Assembly: GCA_965223425.1 (NCBI GenBank)
Contig: OZ245003.1
Coordinates: 2,368,001 to 2,432,000, forward strand
Reading direction: 5' to 3'
Length of the DNA stretch: 64,000 nucleotides
DNA from: Nitrosopumilus sp.
GTDB taxonomy: Archaea; Thermoproteota; Nitrososphaeria; Nitrososphaerales; Nitrosopumilaceae
Made by a program: the position numbers and the translations under genes. Each line of letters opens with the position of its first letter. Position 1 is the first letter of the stretch. This document shows, piece by piece, positions 57,859-64,000 of this stretch. The notes below the pieces were generated by a model, which ran no database searches, was not told the DNA's origin, and worked only from the letters and a program-made list of their open reading frames with translations.

Positions 57859-59382
57859 ATGGACAAAATTGTAGTTTTAGACTTTGGATCACAGTACAGC
57901 CATTTAATTTGTAGAAGAATTAGGGAATTTTCTGTTTATGCAGAACTTGTTCCTTTTGATATTAGCTGTGAGGAGTTACAAAAACACAATCCAAAGGGAA
58001 TAATTTTTTCAGGAGGCCCGTCAAGTGTTTACAGTTCAGATGCTCCAATCCCGGATAACAAAATTTTTGAGATGAATTTGCCGTTGCTTGGAATTTGCTA
58101 CGGTCATCAATTGATTGTAAACAAATACGGCGGAAAAGTAAAGAGGGCAAACAAGGAATACGGCTCGTCCCTGCTTACAGTTGATAATGACAAAGATCTA
58201 CTAAACGGGGTAGGAAAGTCAGTCAGGGCATGGATGAGCCATGGCGACGAAGCAGAAGAAGTTCCGCCAAAATTTCAAGTAATAGGACATACAGAAGGCG
58301 CAAAAGCTGCCGCAATAGCATTAGAGGAAAAATCAGTCTACGGAATCCAGTTTCATCCCGAAGTGGTACATACGGAACAAGGTACAGAGATTCTCAAGAA
58401 TTTTGTTTTGAAAGTATGCAGGGCAAAACAAGACTGGACCATGGAGGGCTTTGTCGAGACAGCAGTGGAAAAAATTTCAAAAATAGAAGGAAACGTGCTT
58501 TGCGGGGTTAGCGGAGGCATAGACTCGACAGTGGCAGCACTGATAATCCATAAGGCTGTTGGGGACAAGCTCAAGTGTGTGTTTGTAAACAATGGCTTGT
58601 TACGGTTAAACGAGGAAACAGAAATTGAGGAGATGTTCAAAGATAATTTCAACGTAAATTTTACAGCAGTCAATGCAGCTGATGAGTTTCTCGGCAAGCT
58701 TGAAGGAATCGAGGATCCCGAAGAAAAAAGAAAGACCGTGGGAGAGGAATTTATTCGTGTTTTTACCGAATTTGCCAAAAAAAATGGTCCTTTCAGATGG
58801 TTGGCTCAGGGCACGCTTTATCCGGATGTAATTGAAAGCGGGGTTTCAAAAGGACCCGCAGCGGTAATAAAATCCCATCACAATGTAGGCGGACTGCCAG
58901 ACTGGCTTGATTTGGACATTTTAGAGCCATTAAGGGAATTGTACAAAGACGAGGTAAGAAAGATAGCAAAAATTCTACGGGTTCCAGAAAACCTTTTGAT
59001 GAGGCACCCGTTTCCTGGTCCGGGCTTGGCTGTAAGGGTGATGGGGGAGGTGACCCCGACAAAGCTGCATATTGCCAAGGTAGCAAGTAAAATTGTCGAA
59101 GACGAGCTGGTGGAGGCAGACCTGTATGACAAAGTTTGGCAGGCATATGCTGCAGTTGGAGACGATAAGGCAGTCGGCGTTGTCGGGGATGAAAGAAAAT
59201 ATGGAAACATTGTAATGATACGGGTTGTAGACTCTATTGATGCAATGACTGCAGATTGGACAAGACTTCCGCACGGTCTTTTGGAAAAGATCAGCAATAG
59301 AATTACAAATGAGATTGAGGATGTGACATGGGTAACTTATACAATTTCAAGCAAGCCGCCTGCAACAATTGAGCCGCAATAG
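57859..59382 (+). CDS. guaA: GMP synthase
   Basis: LDFGSQY, GICYG, QFHPEV, SGGIDS, IKSHHNVGG and KPPATIE motifs. Confidence 0.97.
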   Translation: MDKIVVLDFGSQYSHLICRRIREFSVYAELVPFDISCEELQKHNPKGIIFSGGPSSVYSSDAPIPDNKIFEMNLPLLGICYGHQLIVNKYGGKVKRANKEYGSSLLTVDNDKDLLNGVGKSVRAWMSHGDEAEEVPPKFQVIGHTEGAKAAAIALEEKSVYGIQFHPEVVHTEQGTEILKNFVLKVCRAKQDWTMEGFVETAVEKISKIEGNVLCGVSGGIDSTVAALIIHKAVGDKLKCVFVNNGLLRLNEETEIEEMFKDNFNVNFTAVNAADEFLGKLEGIEDPEEKRKTVGEEFIRVFTEFAKKNGPFRWLAQGTLYPDVIESGVSKGPAAVIKSHHNVGGLPDWLDLDILEPLRELYKDEVRKIAKILRVPENLLMRHPFPGPGLAVRVMGEVTPTKLHIAKVASKIVEDELVEADLYDKVWQAYAAVGDDKAVGVVGDERKYGNIVMIRVVDSIDAMTADWTRLPHGLLEKISNRITNEIEDVTWVTYTISSKPPATIEPQ

Positions 59383-59744
59383 TGAGAGATATGGAATACG
59401 AAAAAATCTGTGATGAGATTCTAGAATGTGATGAAAAAATCAGATACGTGGGGGTGTATGATTATGGTGAGCTCTATGACAAAATGAGGCCGGGATTAAA
59501 AAATCACTTGTCAAGAGAGGAAACAGAGATGTCTTTGTCTCAAGCAGTTTACAGGTGGTCTACACGTAAAAAAACTGCCGATAAGATTGGAAAGCCTATT
59601 TTTGCACTGGCAAAATATGAAAAGATTTATCGGATAACAGTCCCCATTGGAGGGGCGGGACTAGTTTTAATCAGCACGGAACTAGATGCAGACGTAAATG
59701 GCATAGCAGAGAAGGTTTTAAAAATCAAGGACAGGTACTCTTGA
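59382..59744 (+). CDS. Small roadblock/profilin-like hypothetical protein
   Basis: ICDEILECDEKIRYVGV, KIGKP and YEK pattern. Confidence 0.7.
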   Translation: MRDMEYEKICDEILECDEKIRYVGVYDYGELYDKMRPGLKNHLSREETEMSLSQAVYRWSTRKKTADKIGKPIFALAKYEKIYRITVPIGGAGLVLISTELDADVNGIAEKVLKIKDRYS

Positions 59745-60044
59745 AAAATTTGGATGATCACAGACTTCATGTTTTTGATATTTGTTGGTGGGTGTGTAAG
59801 GCAGAAGGCGACCATGCAGTACGTTTGATGGGGTTACGGACAGAAAGAGAGTTTCATTTGGCAAAGAATGGTTAAAATCAATTGGAGAAGAGTTTGCAAG
59901 TTTCTACAGAGGAAATGTAAATTTTGTCACGCACACACAGTCAGTCAGTTCCAAATATATGGAAATCGAAATCATGACAAACGGATTCCGCCAAGTCTGC
60001 ATCGGAAGTCTTCACTGTAAAATTCCGTCTGAACCTGTTAAAAA

Positions 60045-60977
60045 TTACACTGTTACAAGAAAATATCTGGTACATTCATCTATGGATTTCCAATTGATGC
60101 CATAAGAACTGTCAAAATTGAGTTTGATATGCTTTCCATTGATTTTGCCTTCAAACTTTCCTTCTAGGCGTTTTTCTTTTCTAAATTTTTGGTAAATGGT
60201 GCGACCGCCTTTGTCATTCCAAAAATTACCATCATCTGCAAAAGCCAAAAAAAAGCATTTAGTAAAGTTAGCATTTTTTAATTGTTCCAAAAATTTTATG
60301 TCTTCACAGATCATGAGCATTTGGTTAGGATATGCCTTTTGTCTAGGAAATTTTATTTCGATTGCATATGCCTCGGATTTATCTTTTTTGAATATGACCA
60401 GATCAATTTCCTTTTTCACAAAAATTTGTTTATTCAGGCCAAACGCAGATACGTTTCTTTCAAATTGAACTTTGTAATCATTTAGATTTTTTCGTAGCAA
60501 CAAAGCTAATTCATGCTGTATACTTGCCTCATTATAGACTTCAATTTTTTTTAATGATATTTCCTTGACAAACTCGTTTAGCAAGTCATGAAACAGGATT
60601 TTCTTATTATCTGAAATAAAGTCGTAGTCATTTACCAGAGCTGTGTTTGCAGGCTTGTTTTTTAGGTCAAGGATTGGTCTGCTGTTTATATGGATTTTTT
60701 CTTTTTTGTAATTGCTTTTCATTTTTGGCTTTTGTGTTCTGCCTTTGTCGAGTCTAACTGTTTGATTTTTGAGGTCAAGATCAGAGCTGAACCAAGATTT
60801 ACTTAAAACCACTTTCATAAGAGGGTGAGAGTCGCTGTTAGACCACCAAGCAGGGTATGAATATGCAGAGGGGGGCAACCTTCCTTTGCATATATCTTCA
60901 ATTTCAGAGAATTTTATTTTGATTGATTTTATGTTTTGTTTTTGTAAAAAATCACCAAAATTACCATATGAAGTCAT
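60045..60977 (-). CDS. Putative PD-(D/E)XK nuclease with an N-terminal WWSN domain
   Basis: FSEIE..LPPSA..WWSN; NEASIQHEL, EIDLV and AIEIK motifs; AT-rich insert. Confidence 0.7.
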   Translation of the reverse strand: MTSYGNFGDFLQKQNIKSIKIKFSEIEDICKGRLPPSAYSYPAWWSNSDSHPLMKVVLSKSWFSSDLDLKNQTVRLDKGRTQKPKMKSNYKKEKIHINSRPILDLKNKPANTALVNDYDFISDNKKILFHDLLNEFVKEISLKKIEVYNEASIQHELALLLRKNLNDYKVQFERNVSAFGLNKQIFVKKEIDLVIFKKDKSEAYAIEIKFPRQKAYPNQMLMICEDIKFLEQLKNANFTKCFFLAFADDGNFWNDKGGRTIYQKFRKEKRLEGKFEGKINGKHIKLNFDSSYGINWKSIDECTRYFLVTV

Positions 60978-61113
60978 TTGATGGGTATTGTGTCATTTAA
61001 CATATAATAAGCAACTCTAAACCAAAAAATCCACAGCCGGCAGCACATCTACAGTCTACGTATTTTTTTTTTGTTGCTGTTGCTGACAAACATTTCCAAA
61101 GCGGGGTTTTCAG

Positions 61114-61983
61114 TCACAGCAAGCATGCGCCAAAAACACCGGCAGAGTCACCCAGCTTGTTTTTAAGAATGGGAGTGTCAATCGAGTCAGAGAACACCTT
61201 GCTGTAAACTGACTCCTTTCCTTCAGAATACAAAAAACCAATGTTTGACAAGCCGCCGCCCAGCACTATGGCGTCGGGATCCAGGATGTCTATCACATTT
61301 GCAAGGCCGTATCCAAAATTTTCTAAAAATTCATCCTTCCATTTTTTTCCAATTTCGCCATCAAGACTTGAAAGGATTTCTGGAAGGGGTTGTGATTTTC
61401 CAGTGAGTTTTGTCCATTGTTTTTCTAATGATGGGCCGCTGATGTAGGTCTCCACACATCCATTTTTACCGCAGTAGCAAGAATTTCCATTGCGGTAAAG
61501 AGTATGGTGTCCCCATTCGCCTCCAATGTTGGCTCTTCCAGAATGGAGTTTTCCATCAATTACAATTCCGCCGCCTACACCTGTTCCCATGATCACACCA
61601 AATACTGAACCGAATCCGCTGGCAGCACCCATCTTAGCTTCGGCCATAACAAAACAATTTGCATCATTTTCCATTGAAATTTCTTTGCCCAGCTTGTCTT
61701 CAAGATCTTCTTTTGGTGATTTTCCAATCAGGCATTGGGTGTTGCTGTTTTTGATCAATCCGGTTTTTTTGGAAATTGCGCCAGGAGTACAAATGCCTAA
61801 AGAAAAATCAGGAATGTTTTTAGAAATATCTAAAACCAAGGATGAAATAGCATCAATGGTTTTCTGGTAATCATTTTGGGGCGTTGGGATTCTTTTTCTT
61901 TCTAAAACATCTAGATTACCATCAAGCAGAACAGCTTCTGTCTTTGTCCCACCCAGATCAACGCCGACTTTGTTCAACAGCAA
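61114..61983 (-). CDS. ROK family sugar kinase
   Basis: GVDLGGTK, ENDANC, GTGVGGG, GEWGH and CYCGKNGCVE motifs. Confidence 0.93.
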   Translation of the reverse strand: MLLNKVGVDLGGTKTEAVLLDGNLDVLERKRIPTPQNDYQKTIDAISSLVLDISKNIPDFSLGICTPGAISKKTGLIKNSNTQCLIGKSPKEDLEDKLGKEISMENDANCFVMAEAKMGAASGFGSVFGVIMGTGVGGGIVIDGKLHSGRANIGGEWGHHTLYRNGNSCYCGKNGCVETYISGPSLEKQWTKLTGKSQPLPEILSSLDGEIGKKWKDEFLENFGYGLANVIDILDPDAIVLGGGLSNIGFLYSEGKESVYSKVFSDSIDTPILKNKLGDSAGVFGACLL

Positions 61984-62021
61984 TTTATGGGAATCAGAGG
62001 GTTTTAGTTTTAACTAAAATC

Positions 62022-63653
62022 TTATCCCATTGGAGGCGCCATACCGCCGCCTCCGCCACCTGGAGCTCCAGATATGGCAATAACATCGTCTATTCTGAGA
62101 ATCATGCATGCAGCTTCGGTTGCAGATTTGATGATTTGTTCCTTGACCACGGTTGGTTCTACAACGTTGATTGCCAACATATCTGCAATCTTTGTATTTT
62201 TAGCATCAATGCCAGTCCATTTGCGACCTTGGTTTTGTTTTGCCCGCAGAGTAGCCATCGTATCGATTGGATCCATCCCTGCATTCTCAGCAATGGTTAG
62301 TGGAATTGTTTCTAGCGCTTCGGCATATTTCTTTATTGCAAGCTGTTCCCTTCCATCAAAACTGTCAGCCCAGTCTTTGAGTTGTGAGGCTGCAAAGGAC
62401 TCAGGCGCACCTCCGCCGGCAACAATTTCAGGCTTTTCAATTACGTCTTTTACAACCATCAAAGAGTCGTGTATTGAACGATCAACCTCGTCAATCACTC
62501 TTTGAGAGCCGCCACGAATTAACATGGTAACGGATTGCGGATGTTTGCAGCCTTCTACAAATACCCATTTGTCAGATTCAACTTTCTTTTGGTGAACCAT
62601 ATCAGCCGAACCGAGATCATTTTCTGATAGATCATCCAGGTTGCTAATCACACGCCCGCCTGTAGCCTTGGAGAGTTTAATCATGTCACTTTCTTTGACG
62701 CGGCGAACTGCCAAAATACCGTGTTTTGCAAGATAGTGTTGTGCAATATCATCAATTCCTTTTTGGCAAATCAGCACGTTAACGCCAACGTCATATAATT
62801 TGTCAACCATGGTCTTTAGCATTCTGTTTTCTTCTTCTAGGAACATCTGCATTTGAGTCGGATCAGTAATCCTAATTTCAGAACTCATCTCCGTTTTTTC
62901 AATTTCCAACGCGGAATTTACCAGCGCAATTTTTGCCTTTTCAATTTTTGTAGGCATTCCACTGTGAACAATTTCTTTATCCAAAACGATACCTTTGACA
63001 ATTTGAGTGTCTTGAATCGAGCCGCCTGCCTTCTTTTCAACTTTGATGTTTTCAAGGTCTACAGTGTAGTTATCGCCTTTTTTGGTTACAATACTAAGAA
63101 TAGCATCAACGACAATTTTTGACAGTACGCCGCTATCCTCAGAGACTAATTTGGATTGCATGCTAGTTGTTGCAACATTAATGAGTGATTCTTTATCATC
63201 AGGTTGAACTTTCTTTGACATTTCTGAGTATATTTCAAGGGTTTTTTCCGCAGCTGCCTGAAAGCCTTCGACAATGGTTGAAGAATGAACTTCTTTTTTG
63301 AGCAAGTCTTCTGCTTTTGCAAGCAATGCGCCTCCAAAAACAACAGAGGAAGTCGTGCCATCACCTACTTCATTATCTACTGTTTTAGAAATTTCAACTA
63401 TCATTTTGGCAGCTGGGTGCTGAACGTCAATCTCTTTTAGAATGGTGGCACCATCATTTGTAATAGTAACATCGCCTAAGGAATCGACAAGCATTTTATC
63501 CAGACCCCTAGGCCCAAGACTGCTTTTAACTAATTCAGAGACTAGCTTGGCAGCAGCAATATTGTTCTGCTGGGCGTCTTTGCCCTTTTGCTGTAGTGCG
63601 CTCTCCTTGAGAACTAAAACGGGTCCATTTGGGCCTTGTTGAATTGATGCCAT
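62022..63653 (-). CDS. ths: Thermosome (group II chaperonin) subunit
   Basis: [24 protein letters not shown] and ILRIDD motifs. Confidence 0.96.
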   Translation of the reverse strand: MASIQQGPNGPVLVLKESALQQKGKDAQQNNIAAAKLVSELVKSSLGPRGLDKMLVDSLGDVTITNDGATILKEIDVQHPAAKMIVEISKTVDNEVGDGTTSSVVFGGALLAKAEDLLKKEVHSSTIVEGFQAAAEKTLEIYSEMSKKVQPDDKESLINVATTSMQSKLVSEDSGVLSKIVVDAILSIVTKKGDNYTVDLENIKVEKKAGGSIQDTQIVKGIVLDKEIVHSGMPTKIEKAKIALVNSALEIEKTEMSSEIRITDPTQMQMFLEEENRMLKTMVDKLYDVGVNVLICQKGIDDIAQHYLAKHGILAVRRVKESDMIKLSKATGGRVISNLDDLSENDLGSADMVHQKKVESDKWVFVEGCKHPQSVTMLIRGGSQRVIDEVDRSIHDSLMVVKDVIEKPEIVAGGGAPESFAASQLKDWADSFDGREQLAIKKYAEALETIPLTIAENAGMDPIDTMATLRAKQNQGRKWTGIDAKNTKIADMLAINVVEPTVVKEQIIKSATEAACMILRIDDVIAISGAPGGGGGGMAPPMG

Positions 63654-63698
63654 TTAGGTTCAGTTTCATCCACCTCAAATCCCCCTTTTTAATATTAC

Positions 63699-64000
63699 TT
63701 AGTTGATCGGCTTGATGTAGCACCGTTTTTTCACATCCACAATCCCACCTGAAAGAATTCTAACAGATGGCAGAGCCAAGAATGGCAGGAACAGGGGAAC
63801 AAGATGGGGCCTAGCAAACCTGCATCCTGAATCTACAATAGCGTGGTTGATTTTTTTAAAGTTTGATGAAACCCTTTCAAACGAATCAGTTGAGACGATT
63901 CCTCCAAATTGCAAAGGCAGCGAGGCTAAAATTTTGCCGGATTTTACCACAGCAAGCCCCCCTTGATTTCGGATAAGATGGTTTGAAGCTAAGGCCATAT
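63699..64000 (-). CDS. ade: Adenine deaminase, C-terminal part (runs off window)
   Basis: MALASN....GG, LPL..GGI.S and FLALP motifs. Confidence 0.75.
   Translation of the reverse strand, partial: MALASNHLIRNQGGLAVVKSGKILASLPLQFGGIVSTDSFERVSSNFKKINHAIVDSGCRFARPHLVPLFLPFLALPSVRILSGGIVDVKKRCYIKPIN

Overview
This looks like a thaumarchaeal (Nitrosopumilaceae-like) chromosome segment; the taxonomy is inferred from gene content and protein style. The core backbone is the his genes, HMG-CoA reductase, an intron-containing initiator tRNA-Met, tiaS, dph2, csl4, pheA, guaB, folP, mptE, guaA, a ROK kinase, a thermosome subunit and part of adenine deaminase. Two AT-rich accessory islands interrupt it. 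Island 1 (~2.9-14.6 kb) splits the his cluster and carries a duplicated two-gene module with a PIN nuclease, IS110 and ISH3-like elements, a TcmP/DUF5131 pair, DUF488, GIY-YIG and RusA-like genes. Island 2 (~23.3-49.4 kb) is a defence island. Its centrepiece is a PLD-SNF2 helicase plus an Eco57I-like (type IIG-like) adenine methyltransferase. Two start-less alternative C-terminal cassettes lie in inverted orientation, each joined to the main gene by an inverted repeat (313 bp near-perfect; ~190 bp diverged), and each invertible interval contains a tyrosine recombinase. This is a candidate archaeal shufflon that switches DNA-recognition specificity. Also seen: two MITEs, a CRISPR-sized 37-38-37 bp repeat-spacer-repeat in frame inside the helicase, a tRNA-Ala-like att relic, OLD, TIR-like and Mrr genes, and an uncharacterised three-gene operon. 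All family assignments come from motif recognition by eye; no database searches were run.
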